Source of the DNA: Leucoraja ocellata
Taxonomy: Eukaryota
NCBI GenBank assembly: GCA_036785375.1
Contig: JAWMAR010000175.1
Location: 1,116,001-1,180,000, forward strand
Direction of reading: 5' to 3'
Length of the DNA stretch: 64,000 nucleotides
A program made the translations under genes and the position numbers. The notes beneath the pieces were generated by a model. That model was not told the DNA's origin, searched no databases, and was given only the letters and a program-made list of their open reading frames with translations. This document shows, in pieces, positions 39,996-52,399 of this stretch (positions are counted from its first letter, which is position 1; every line of letters begins with the position of its first letter).

Positions 39996-42180
39996 TGAGT
40001 GAGCATTTGATGGCGCTGGGCCTGTACTCGCTGGAGTTTAGAAGGATGAGGAGAGACCTCATTGAAACTCACGGAACAGTGAAAGACCTGGATAGAGTGG
40101 ATGTGGAGAGGATTTTTGCACTACTGGGAGAGTCTAGGATCAGTGGTCATAGCCTCAGAATAAAAGTTCGCTCCTTTAGGAATGAGATAAGGATAAGAGT
40201 CTTTAGTCAGGGTGGTGAATCTGTGGAATTTTTTGCCACAGAAGGTTGAGGAGGTCGTCAATTGATATTTTAAAGGCAGAGACAGATAGATTCTTGATTA
40301 GTCAGGGGTTATGGGGAGAAGGCAGGAGAATGGGGTTAGGAGGGAGAGATTGATCAGCCATGATTGAATGGCGGAGTAGACCTCATTATTCTCCTATCAT
40401 TAATGAACAAAGAAGATGGGAACTTGACCTTGTCAAAGTCGACAGTGTGAGGAGGGATGTCGGTGAATACAATGATCTCACTGCCCCTCATAATCTGACC
40501 ATTTCCCACAACATTTTAAAGGCCATCCATCGCGTATCCTTGAACTGTTCTACTGCATGAACTGCAAGGTGACTACAACATTGTTGTGAGGAGGGGAATG
40601 TGATAATTAGCGGGTCAGGCCACTGGGGACAAAACGTCTCCTACTCTTTGAAACGTTGTCATGAGAACCTTTGTGTTTGTGTAGAGAGCGGATAACAAAT
40701 CAACAACCAGCAACCTGCTGGATGGAAAAACAGCAGAAACACTTTATGTCGACGCAAAGTGCTGGAGTGACTCAGCGGGACAGGCAGCATCTCTGGAGAT
40801 CATGGAAAGGGGATGTTTCAGGTCTGCGAGGGTCAGCATTTTTGTAGTTTGCAATGCTGCAAACAATCTTGTTGTGAAACATGCTTCAATTTTGACAATA
40901 TTTAATCTGCCTCTTTGTTCAGTCCAAAGAAAATCGTTTACAAGATTTGTTGGAAGCTAAAGCACTGGCCCTAGCACAGGCTGACCGTTTGATTGCCCAG
41001 TATCGTTATCAAAGAGCCCATGCAGAGGCAGAGGTATGTTGATACGTAACTTTACCAGATACAACTTTACATTAGTTTCACTTATCGTTTGCAATTCAAG
41101 TGATAAATTTAGCAGAAAAATTAACTGAACTGTCGGATTATAACTTGTACGTTTCAACCACTAATGGATTTTAAAAGCTTTGCAGAGAAAGGTAACGTTT
41201 TTATTAGTTGTGGAGATCAAATCCATGGAATGTGTAAGACATGGTTTTCTAAAGCAATATATTGAGGAACAACTGAAGGAACGGGCTGTTTTAGATTTGG
41301 TATTGTCTCATGAGAAAGGGTTTATTAATGATTTGGAAACTAAGATGCCGTAAAAACTGGAGGTGATTTAGTTCATTCTGAGATCGTGGAATGACCAGTG
41401 ACATCTAGTGGTGAGTTAGCTCGTGTTTTAAAGTGCCATGTCTAGCATATAATGTACAAGGATCTGTCGTATACATTTATACGGAACTGTTACAGTTTAT
41501 AAATGATGATGTATTTGTTTTTGAGTTGTAGGCACGACAATTAGCCTCACTTCTGATGGAAGCAGAGAGAAAAAATGAAGAGCTTGATGGAGTGCTGAAG
41601 ACTCAGCTGCTGGAATCTGACCGTGCCAAGGCTGATATTGAAGAGCTTTATCATCACAATTGTAAACTACAGACTGTAGCTGATGAGCACGAATCCTTGA
41701 AGATTACTTCAAAAAATCTTTCTCAAAAGTAGGTTTAGCTTATTTTTGTTTTATTGAAGGTATGTTCCAGCTGCCTTTAAAACATTCACAGGTTTGGCAT
41801 CGGAGTACATATGCAATAGTTGAGGGTTTTCTGCATGGCATCGTTACACGGGTTTGATTACTTCATGTTGAAAGCAAAAGTTGCTTGGAAGAAAATTGAA
41901 TTGAGAGGGATTTCTCCCAGGCAACTCTTGTCCATTTCCTTCCATCCATTTTCAAAATAGCATTAATAATACATTGGGCACCAAGCAACAAAAAGGGACT
42001 TCAAACAGCGAAGGAACATGAGGGGAAAAGTTACCTGTGGGGATATATACACTTACTGTGAGAAAAGTTAGGCATTCCTGAGAACAATTGTAACTATTCA
42101 TATCTGCATATTTTTGATCAGTTAATCATTAATTCATAAATATATTCCTTCCAGTCTTGATAATGTTGAAAGGCAATTTA

Positions 42181-42845
42181 TTTAAATGTTTTAATTTTAA
42201 TTTTATTAGAAGTAAGTACAATAATGTGGTACCTTGTAGATACCTAATATATATTGACATGATACACTTTATGTACAACTTCTTATTTTATTTTAGCGGT
42301 AAAAGAAAGAAAAGAAAGAGAATCGTAGAAAAATAGAGAAGTGCGTGATGCCGAACAGTGAGAAGAAGGAAAGAAGAAAAGAGAGAGAATAGAGAGGGAA
42401 AAAGAAGAGATAGAAAGGAGATTGAAGGAGAAATAGCTCATTATTATTCTTGACCACCCTTCACCCGATCCTGAAACAATTAATTTCTATGGTTATGTTG
42501 CACCATATGCTTGTAAGAAATCGATAAATGGAGACCAAATCATTAAGAATTGGTCTGCTTTGTCTGTTAGGAGGAGTCGCATTTCTTCAAGATGTAAGGT
42601 TTCCGACATGTTTGAAACCCACATTTTAAGCGTTGGTATGGATGTATTTTTCCAAAATTGAAGTATAAGTTTTTTTGCCGTTATTAAACCATAATTAAGG
42701 AAAGATTTTTTGAAACGTTCAATTTATTCCCATCTTCCATTGATCCGAATATAAGCATTTCAATATTAGGATCAGGTTTTATCTTAAATAATTTTGTAAA
42801 ATTTTCAAAGATTTCGCTCCAAAATTTATGAAGTTTTATGCAAGA
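42181..42845 (-). mobile_element. L1/Tx1-type LINE 3' fragment inside a CIP2A exon
   Basis: 15-bp TSD TTGAAAGGCAATTTA at 42166-42180 and 42846-42860. The minus strand encodes KKLILQFWK..LEEMRL, related to 57275-58075. Confidence 0.92.
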
Positions 42846-43214
42846 TTGAAAGGCAATTTAAAGAACTTCAGGTTGAATATAAATCATTGGGCAAGCAACG
42901 TGAATTGTTCAAAAAGCAAGTTGACTCACTTAAGCAACAGAATGACAGGTAAGCCCATCTTAGGATGTGTGTTTAGACATGGTATTCATACATCCTGATG
43001 TCATGTTTGTCAGATGGGGAAAATACAGCAACATGTCTTGTCTTTTCTGTTTTGGATCACAGGTGCCATGCTCAATTCGCGGAATTGGAATCACAGAAAA
43101 ATGAGATGTGCATCCAGTTACAGGAAAAGGACAATAAATTATTGGGTTGGATATACATTTCATTATATAAAGGTTTATTTTGGGGGAAAACTGTTGACAA
43201 TTAGCACCAACTGG

Positions 43215-43710
43215 ACAGGATAGTGAAGACCGCAAGCAGGATTATTGGTGCTCCACTCCCCTTCCTGCTGGACATATACAGGAAGAGATGTATCAACAGA
43301 GCCATCTCCATCATCAAAGACCTTTACCACCCATGGCATGACATTTTCTCCATCCTCCCATCTGGGAAGAGGTACAGGAGCATTAGCTGCAAAACCAGCA
43401 GGATGCTCCTCAGCTTCTTCCCACAGGCTATAAGACTGTTGAATGGACTTTGCCCCCTGCCAAATATCGCGCACAAACCCCCACACTGCAGCAGAGCCAC
43501 TGTTGTGCCGCTGCCGGTCGGAACGGCTGTTGAATGTTTAGTAGAGTGTTAAATTTGTTCATGACATGTATTTTTTATTTTTATTTCTATTTATTTTTTC
43601 ATGCACACTGAATGGACACTGGTTGAGCAACGTTTTTTTGTTTCCTCTGGGTATGCGAATACTCAGGAAATGACAATAAAGATATACAATATACAATACA
43701 ATACAATACA
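43215..43710 (+). mobile_element. Rex1/Babar-like LINE 3' end
   Basis: KTASRIIG...SGKRYRSI...SFFPQAIRLLN and a (CAATA)n tail. Confidence 0.85.
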
Positions 43711-43754
43711 ATTAAAGCTACATTTCTTCCTCCATATGTGCCCGTCAGCATAGT

Positions 43755-44945
43755 TTTTTCGAATTTTTTTATTTAAATCTTTTCATTTGAATTTCACAGC
43801 AATTTGCATACGTACTATGATAACAGACAGTGACAGTCAAGGCATAATTGTGCAACAGTATGTAAGCGACCCTCAAAGCCCTTACCCTTACCCACCTTCA
43901 ACCCACCCGAATCAGGTCGGAACCAAACGGGGACAAACAACACTCACATACATACACATCCACACAAATATGGTAAGATAAACGAAACAAAAAGTACGAA
44001 AGAAAAAAAAAAAGGGGGTCACTAATAACAGTAAATAAATAAGTGTTAGGAGGGGAGGGGGGGTTAAGGGGAGAGCAGCTGCAGTAAAGCAGAACAATGG
44101 TGGAGAGCACTCAGTCCTCTTCCGAGTCCGGGGACAAGTTGAGAGAGTTAACAAGTTCCAAGAAAGGGTTCCATGTGTCTAGGAATGTCTTGGTAGAGCC
44201 TTTGAGAGAGAACCTAAGTTTTTCAAGCTTTAAATTGTAAAGCACCTCCTTAATCCAGAGGGCGTGTGTCGGGGGACAGGTGAGCCTCCAGTTAAGCAAG
44301 ATCAGTCTCCGGGCTAACAAGGTTGTAAAAGCTAGAACCCGTTTCACCGCAACAGAGAGGTTGGTGTTGGGAGGGGTACCGAAAATGGCTGACATTGGGT
44401 TTGGAGGAATAGTCTGGCCGTAGGCTCTGCTTAGCATGTCGAAAGCACTCCTCCAAAAGGCTGCTAGCTTAGGGCAAGACCAAAACATATGGCTATTGTT
44501 GGCAGGGGATTGATTACATCTGTTGCAGGTGTCCCTAACAGCGGGGTAAATTCTAGATAATCTTGCATTTGTGTAGTGGACTTTGTGAAGGACTTTGCAT
44601 TGGATTAGGCCATGACGGGCACATATGGAGGAAGAATGGATCAAATCCAAGGCAGAGTCCCATTGCTGGTCTGTTAGTTTCGTATTCAGCTCGCCCTCCA
44701 CGCAGCTTTTAATGAGGTATGAGGTTTCAGTATAACCGACCCTAACAAGTTATACAAAACAGAGATGCATTTCTTCCGGTTGGGATCTAGAGCTAAGATG
44801 GTATCGGTCAGGGTTTCAGGGGAGCGATTTGGGAAATGGGGGAATGTCTTCTTCACAAAATCCCTAATCTGGAAAAAACGAAAAAGGTGGGAGTTTGGGA
44901 GGCTGTAGTTGGACGAGAGCTCCGCAAAGATTTAAAAAAAATATT
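43755..44945 (-). mobile_element. L1/Tx1-type LINE ORF2 3' fragment
   Basis: ORF 44111-44701 with CNRC..HMFWSCP zinc knuckle and LARRLILLNW motif; T-rich tail on the left. Confidence 0.9.
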
Positions 44946-46812
44946 CCATAGAATATCAGGCATAACACTGGATGTTTATTTTACATGCAGAAATATGCCG
45001 TACATCTTTTCTTTCACCTTTCTTATTCTTCACCTCACGTTTGAGAAGTTATTCCTATCATGGGATGGTGTGGAGGTTTGTAACCATATAGCAAGTGGAT
45101 TGTTAGAATAAATTGGGTACAACCTCAGTATTAAATTGCCTCCCCTTGACAGAAGGAATTACTGAAACACACTGTTCTATATTTGTATCTTGTGGTTTTA
45201 CGGTGTTATGACTACCAGCAGATGTTAATTGGAATGATTGAAGGAAATGACTGAGGGGGAAAAATGAATTAAAAAGCCTGGGTCTGGGTCTTTTAACAAG
45301 GGGAAGATGTACAGAAAATTATGATAAAAAACCACATGCAAAATTACAGATGTCATTGCCATGTCTGAAATGGAAGATTGATATTTCAGACATTTCCAGA
45401 GTTTTGTCAAAAACCACCGTGACGAACTGGAACGTTAGATTAGATTAGATTAGATTTGTTTATTGTCATTCAGACCTTTTGGTCGGAACAAAATTTCATT
45501 TCCCTGCAGTCATACATATAATAAAAAATGACAAAAACACACAATCAACACAAATTTAACATCCACCACAGTGAGTTCACCAAACACCTCCTCACTGTGG
45601 TGGAAGGCAAAATCTTAAAGTCTCTGTCTCTTCCCTCTTTGTTCTCCTTCTGCGCCGAGGCGATCCAGGCTCCAGATGTTGTGACCCCACCGGGTGATGG
45701 TAAAGTCGGGTCTCCGCTGCCACTGTCTCCGCCACAGCTTCGGGCCGAGTCGGGTCTCAGCTGCCGCTGCCGCTGCCGCCGCCACAGTACCGAGGCCGCC
45801 AGCTCCGCCATTAGACCTCGGCGCAGACGGAGACGGGGACGGGGAAAACAACAGAAAAAAAGTTGAAGGTTGAAGGGCTGGCAATTTTCTGACCTGGTGA
45901 AACAAACTATTGCTGAAACGTAACGCAGTAAAGCAGTGGACAAGATATCCAATGCAAAAGAACATGCTTGGTTATAACGTGATAATTATTCCCTCTGTGT
46001 GCCGGTCTTAAACTGTCTTATAATGACTTGCAGATTTACAACAAAGGTCCCAGGCACAACACGAAAAATTAAAACAATGGAGAAGGAGAAAGAGGACATG
46101 GAAGAAGCTATTAGTGCTCTCCAAAGGGAGCTTAGCAAGATCGAGTTAGCACGGAAAGAACTCAGCATTAAGGTACACAATCCGCTGCCTATTTGAACAG
46201 TATTGTTAATCAGTCTTCCCAGGATACTCAGTGTGTGAAGACTGTGATATGCAATATTGCTGCTGAATATTCTGTTAAATAGCTGCAGAGAGTAAACTGA
46301 TTATGAGAGTTGTAATTCCGATTACAAGAGAGCAGTGGGCACTCCAGCTTGAGAGAATATCTCTTAATGCTTGGAATAGAAATCGTAACTTCATAAACTG
46401 TTCAAAAATTGCCCGACCCTTATAGTTTGGGATTTGTCAGAAGATAAAGGTAATGTCCTGCACACAGCTTGGAAGCTAGCACTGTTGTGGCACTGCCTTT
46501 TGGTGTTCGGAGATGGGAGAGTAATTTTTAAATTATTGGTGGAAGTTGCCTATAATTTTGCACGTTAGAAGCGTGGGGGATATATGGGGAATTGGTGGGA
46601 TTCAATCCTGTCGTGCATTGAGTTTGTCAGTAATTATTTATTAAAAAATGTTTAAATTTGTTCTTGGGAATTTTAAAGTCCACGTTACATAATTTGCTTA
46701 TACTTAAAGTTCTCAAGTATTTGTAATTGATATTTGTTGCTATATATAATCTGTATTTAATTGTGACATTCTTCAAATATGCCTAATAATATTGGTATAT
46801 TAGCATCTAGAT

Positions 46813-46948
46813 GGGGTGGGAGATTGCAACCTTCACGTGGTCCGCCCTGTTTCAACGAATGCAATTAACCCGGTGTGCACAATCAAATATGATCAAATAG
46901 AACAAGTTGTCTTTCAACTTTAGGCTGTGCACGCCATACGCTAGAAGA
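46813..46948 (+). mobile_element. Short retroelement headed by a minimal HDV-like ribozyme (46813-46866), copy 1
   Basis: P1 GGGGTGG/CCGCCCT, P2 GATTGCA/TGCAATT, P3 ACC/GGT, L3 TTCACGT, J4/2 CGAA. 3' AGAAGAAG. TSD AGCATCTAGAT at 46802-46812 and 46949-46959. Confidence 0.85.
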
Positions 46949-47506
46949 AGCATCTAGATCTTGCTGATAATTTTTTAATACAGATCACCCAAAATTAACC
47001 AAAGTACCCAAAATCCACAGGGGCTCTCGTGGACATTTTTCAACATGTTCAAAAATCTTCACAAGTCGTCCTGTGCTTACTTGCAGTTAGGGAGTCTTCC
47101 CAAGTACCTGCCGTTAGCGTTACGAGCCGTTAAGAGACATCCCCGAGCTCCGACGTACCCGCTACATTCATTCTCCGTGCTTACCCCGAGTTTGATTTTT
47201 TTTTTAACTCTGGAGAGCTCTTGGAATGAACTCGTACCATGGGACTGTGCTTTAACTGATCAAACTGCTGGGTGATTCAGATAGATAGTCATTTAGCATG
47301 ATGGCACTGTTCCAGTGGATCAGGAAGTTACTCGGGTTGAAATAATCCTTGTTGCTGGAAATGGAGTTCAGAAACACATGTTGGAGATAAAACCCAGTAC
47401 TTGACTCCAGTATAAATGGAAAGACACTGTCCACATCACATTTGTTCCAGGTTTAATAATGCTATAATTGTAACTGCGTGAACCTTTCTGTTGCAAAAGG
47501 TTTGTG

Positions 47507-47625
47507 CTAACTCCTCTGAGAATTTTTGCAACAGATTATGATTAGAATACAGATGATCAGCAAAGGCACCATTGCAAATAATACATAATGCATGCGTTTG
47601 TGACTTTCCTCAAATGCTGCCGGGT
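47507..47625 (-). CDS. HHLA2: HHLA2-like last coding exon: TM and short tail DPAAFEESHKRMHYVLFAMVPLLIICILIIICCKNSQRS*
   Basis: TTTCAG acceptor, phase 1, hydrophobic span and TAG at 47507-47509. Confidence 0.82.
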
Positions 47626-48607
47626 CTGAAATTTGAACAAAAGACATTCTTAGCACGGATCAGAGAATTTACATAAAAAGATCCAACAATAGTAGAGAAT
47701 TTAAATAAAAAATAAAACATTCTAAAATTCAAGAATAAATGCAGCAAAACTACTTAAATGACCGAGCGTTCTCTCAAAACAAAACTTGGGCAGTTTGTGT
47801 TCCAGCTTGACAATTATTATTATTATTTTTTTAAATACACAGAAGATGGTTAGTTGTTCCTCAATAAATGGTTTTGAAATACAAAAATATAAGCTGAGAA
47901 TATAATTAAATGTAAGGCCATTATCGCCTGATGGAAAAACACAATAATTTTTTGTTACCATTTACAATAATTTGTTTATTTAATACCATCCATTCACCCA
48001 GTGAAAAAGACTGCAAACTGATGTTAGTGTTTATGGATCTCCATTTGAACGACAGTCTCCAAATGTTCTCCCTTGTCTTAGTGGGAATAAAGGAAAGCTT
48101 TATTCAGTGATAATTAAAGTAAATAATTAAATTGAATCACCTTTGCATTGAAGATTGCTGAAGTGAATCTTCACTAACCAGGGGGAGATCTGTGGGAGAA
48201 TAAGAAAGTGGTTGCAAAGGGCCGGTCTAGCCAGGTTTGGTGGCCACCAGCTATAAATGTGAATCTCACCTGGACCCTTCACATCCCACTCCTGGAAGGG
48301 AAATGCAGAGTTGGGAAGTGATAGGGGGTGATATGGTTGAGCCAGAGTGGATGAGGAGCAAAGGATCCGGAGCGGATTAGGAGTGAGAGCGATCAGGAGT
48401 GAGGGAACACACAAAATGCTGGAGTAACTCAGCAGGACAGGCAGCATGTCTGGAGAGAAGGAATTGGAGAAGGAATTCAGGCTTCAGAAGGGTTTCGATC
48501 CGAAACGTCACCCATTCCTTCTCTCCAAAGATGCTGCCTGGCCTGCTGAGTTACTGTAGCATTTTGTGTTTACCTTTGATTTAAACCTGTATCTGCAGTT
48601 CTCTCCT

Positions 48608-48711
48608 GGGGTGGAAGATTGCAACCTTCACGTGGTCCGCCCTGTTTCACCGAATGCAATCAACCTGGCGTGCACAATCAAATAAGAACAAGTTGGCCTT
48701 ACGCAAGAAGA
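48608..48711 (+). mobile_element. Short retroelement headed by a minimal HDV-like ribozyme (48608-48661), copy 2 with an internal deletion
   Basis: Same fold as copy 1 with a perfect P2 (GATTGCA/TGCAATC) and an AAGAAG tail. TSD AGTTCT[C/T]TCCT at 48597-48607 and 48712-48722. Confidence 0.85.
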
Positions 48712-49392
48712 AGTTCTTTCCTACACAAGGAGTGAGAGTGGATTAGGACCAGGAGTGGATCAGGAGTTATGGTGGATTAAGAGCAATAGTAGATCAGGAG
48801 CCCGAATGGTTCAGGAGTGGGGGTGGATCAGATATTTTTTATGCTTCCCACATTGTACCCAGTTTCACTTTCTTCAACATAGCTGAGTATTCTGGAGCAG
48901 TGCTTGTTTTGTAGACAAGTAGGGGCACATACATCTTTATCTTTATACTTATAAAACTCTGATCTTGGATGTGGATGTATTTGTGTGTGTGTGTGTGTGT
49001 GTGTGTGATGCTCGTCTGAGATTCTGATCTCCTCGAAAACGATTCTGATCTCCTCCAATAGAGATTTATGCCGTGATGTCAAAAATCACCTCACCTAAAA
49101 ATTTGATGCATTATTTCTTGAGTAATTGATTTAAATTGTTCACAAATCTGAAATCTTGCGCTGCATGTTACGTCACCCCTTCTTGTGTCTGTAAACTGTA
49201 GAACTAAAAAACTATAATATCAACACTGTTACAAATTCAAACGCTAAGAATGTTGATATCTGGCTTTTAACTGTTCCCAAGGGTTCGGTTTGGCATACCA
49301 ATGTGTATTGTCATAGAAACACTTCTGTTCTGGAGGAGCAGCAAAGACTCAACCACCTACTAACATTACTGCTCAGGACTTCTACCCTCTGT

Positions 49393-49648
49393 AGTTTAGT
49401 TTGGAGATAGGGCCGGAAAACAGGCCCATCGAATCCGCCCATACACTAGCACTATCCTACACACTAGGGACGACGTACAGAAGCCGATTAACCTACAATC
49501 CTGCACATCTTTGGGATGGGGGAGGAAACCGGAGAAATCCCACAGGAGAATGTGCAAACTCCGTACAGGCAGCACCCGAGACCAGAATCGAACCTGGGTC
49601 TGTGGCATTGTGAGGCAGCAGCTCTACCGCTGCGCCACTGTGCCGCCC
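49393..49648 (-). mobile_element. tRNA-derived SINE (HE1-like)
   Basis: Minus-strand A and B boxes (GGCACAGTGGCGCAGCGG, GGTTCGATTC). Confidence 0.82.
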
Positions 49649-49738
49649 TTATTTCTCACGTTTTATCATATCGTTACGTTTAGTTCAACTAAACTTGAAG
49701 TGTTGAGAATGAAGCACACAGACATGTTGATGGCCTAC

Positions 49739-50050
49739 CTATTTGTAGTACGTAGGTGAATATTTGCAACACATCTCGGGTCCTGATTTCACAGATATAT
49801 TCTCCAGCATCCTCCTTCATTGCACGGCCCAGGTGAAGTGTGGAAGAGTTCTTGGTGTTTATCACTTCCATTCGCTCCTTCTTGCAACCTGAACTCTCAC
49901 TGGCATTCTGCGGCGTTGATTCACACATTACTGCCAAGGAAGAGGTTGGTGAGTTCCTAAACCTCCATATAATTGTCAAATCTTGATCATTGTTAGGGGG
50001 ATATTGGCAATGAATGGCGGCAGGATGAGTCTCATTTTCTTTCAATGTGC
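49739..50050 (-). CDS. HHLA2: HHLA2-like exon 4: third Ig domain
   Basis: TTTTTTGAAG acceptor and GTAGGC donor, phase 1-1. IHC...IIW...STLHL...EDAGEYIC motif. Confidence 0.85.
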
Positions 50051-50949
50051 CTTCAAAAAAATTAAACAAAACATGTAATGTTTTACACGAAACACAGTAA
50101 ACTCTTTGACGTGAGATCTCACAAGGACACAAAGTGGTGGAGTGACTCAGCGGGTTAGGCAGCATCGATGGAGAACAGGGATGGGTCGGTTTTCGGGGAG
50201 GGAACATTCTTTAGATTCTGTTCTTTCCCCAATGATGCTGAGTTATTCCAGCCCTTTGGGTCCTTTTGTTTATTAACCAGCATCTGCAGTTCCTCGTTTG
50301 CAATACTTGGAATGGAATAGAATCTCTTTGTTTTCCTGAGCTGTGGAAGGGTGTGGTACCACTTTGGGTGCTGGTGCTGGTGCATGTATATTAACAAAGG
50401 CAGTGATTGTTCAACACCCAGGAAGAGTGAGAGCTAGCCTGTATGACAAAGCAGAAAATATCCACCACTTTTATCCACACATTATATGGTGTATTGAAAT
50501 GTCCGACACATTCAAAATCATTTATACCATCTGCCAGGACCCGAGGGCCTGAGCTACAGGGAGAGGTTGGGCAGGCGAGGACTTTATTCCATGGAGCACA
50601 GGTGACTGAAGGGTGTTCTTATAGAGGTGTAAAAAAATCATGAGGGGAATAGATGGGGTGAATACACAGAGTGTTTCACCCAGAGTAGCGGACTCAAGAA
50701 CACGAGGACCTGGGTTTAAGGTGAGAGGGGATCGATTTAATAGGAACCTGAGGGGCAACTTATTCACACACAGGATGGTGGGTATATGGAACGAGCTGCC
50801 AGAGGAGGTAGTTGAGGCAGGTACTATAACAACATTTAAAAGACAGGGGCATGGATAGGAAATGTTTAGAGGGATAAGGGCCAAATGGGGGCTGGTGGGA
50901 CTAGTGTAGATGGCTTATCTTGGTCAGCATGGACAAGTTGGGCCTAATT

Positions 50950-51965
50950 GAATTTTTTTTTTTTTTAATTGAATTTCCTTTATTGTCATTCAGACCTTAC
51001 GGTCTGAACGAAATTTCGGGCCTGCAGTCATACATACAATGATACAATAATAACAACAATAAACACAAATTAACATCCACCACAGTGAGTCCTCCAAACA
51101 CCTCCTCACTGTGGTGGAGGCAAAAATCTTAGGGCTGCAATCTCTTCCCTCTTCTCCCTCTGCGCTGGGGCGATACCCCACCGGGCGATGGTACAAACAG
51201 TCCAGCGGCTCACTGAACCCCGCGAACGGGCCGGTTCAAACACTGCGGCCCGGGGTGGTCGAAGCCGCCGCACCTCCAGTCCAGCACACGAAGCCGCTGG
51301 TCCGCGGCTGAACCCCAGGACTCTGGACACCGCCGCCAGAACGTCGTCCCAGCCACCGGAGCACCGCCCCAGCCCCCGGACCGGATCGCCCTCACGTGAG
51401 TGCCGTTCCTCCCTCAGGCTGGGCCACTCCGACGGGAGTGCCGTTCCTCCCTCGGGCTGGGCCACTCCAGCGGGAGTGCCGTTCCTCCCTCGGGCTGGGC
51501 CACTCCAGCGGGAGTGCCGTTCCTCCCTCGGGCTGGGCCACTCCAGCAGGAGTGCCGTTCCTCCCTCGGGCTGGGCCACTCCAGCGGGAGTGCCGTTCCT
51601 CCCGGGCTGGGCCACTCCAGCCCCTCACCAGGCCGATCTCACGGGAGCACCGTTCCATCCCGGGCTGGGCCGGGAGCGAGCCCAGGACGAGTCCTGTCAG
51701 CTGCCTCCAGAGTCCCGAGGTCGCCGGCTCCGCTAGGCCTCAGCGTAGACGGAGGCAAAGAAGGGGGATACGACAAAAAGGTCGTATTCCCCCGAAGGGA
51801 GTGACAGCAGCCCCCGTTTCACCCCCCACCCCCCTCACCACATAAACACAGCCTAAAAACCAAAAACATAACTAGACAAAACGAAAAAAAACAACACAAA
51901 AAAGTAAAAACCAACAGACTGCAGGCGAGCCGCTGCTGCCAGGGCAGCGCCGCCACTTCCGGAAA
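50950..51965 (-). mobile_element. Non-coding LINE-derived repeat containing a 38-bp tandem array
   Basis: Shared terminal blocks with 12570-13310 and 45440-45870. About 6 copies of GAGTGCCGTTCCTCCCTCGGGCTGGGCCACTCCAGCGG at 51398-51620. Confidence 0.65.
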
Positions 51966-52399
51966 AGTGGCCTTTTCCCGTGTTGTATCAGTCTCAGAAG
52001 GGTTGGAGAAATGAACATAGACACCAGGAACCACAGATGTTGGTTTACAAAAATAGACACAAAATGCTCAGCAGGTCAGGCAGCAGCATCTCTGGGGAAC
52101 ATGGATCGGTGACATTTTGGGTCTGAAGAAGTGACCTGAATTTTCTGGTGAAATTCCAACGTTGCAGACATGTTGTGGGGAAGTGTGGACAGAGAACTGC
52201 TGGCATTTTATATCAAATTCTGGCCCAAATCACTTCATGTTATGAGTTTGCATGATACTCCAGTCAGCAATGTAATGGACATCACCCTGCAGGAAATGAT
52301 AGGCATCAAAATAATCCAGGGGCCAGATCCAGCTCTGTTGTAAAATCATCAAACAACAGGAATAAGTGAATCTGGGAACTTGACAACAAGTCTATTGGC

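Larger units (their letters stand above)
40923..46172 (+). pseudogene. CIP2A: Partial, disabled CIP2A (KIAA1524) copy covering the coiled-coil C-terminal exons: 40923-41033, 41532-41728, 42155-42948 (interrupted), 43063-43145, 46034-46172
   Basis: [44 protein letters not shown] and KIKTMEKEKEDMEEAISALQRELSKIELARKELSIK match the CIP2A C-terminus as I recall it. GT-AG sites have consistent phases. There is an L1 insert in the third exon and a 1-nt frameshift in the A run at 46064-46068. No upstream exons or final exon were found in the window. Confidence 0.88.

Noticed and set aside
47722-47961. Hydrophobic minus-strand ORF as the HHLA2 TM exon
   Set aside because: The phase-1 frame gives no clean TM; the exon at 47507-47625 fits much better.
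51398-51620. Regularly spaced 38-bp repeats resembling a CRISPR array, with long overlapping ORFs
   Set aside because: The units are head-to-tail with no unique spacers, the context is eukaryotic, and the ORFs are by-products of GC-rich repeats.
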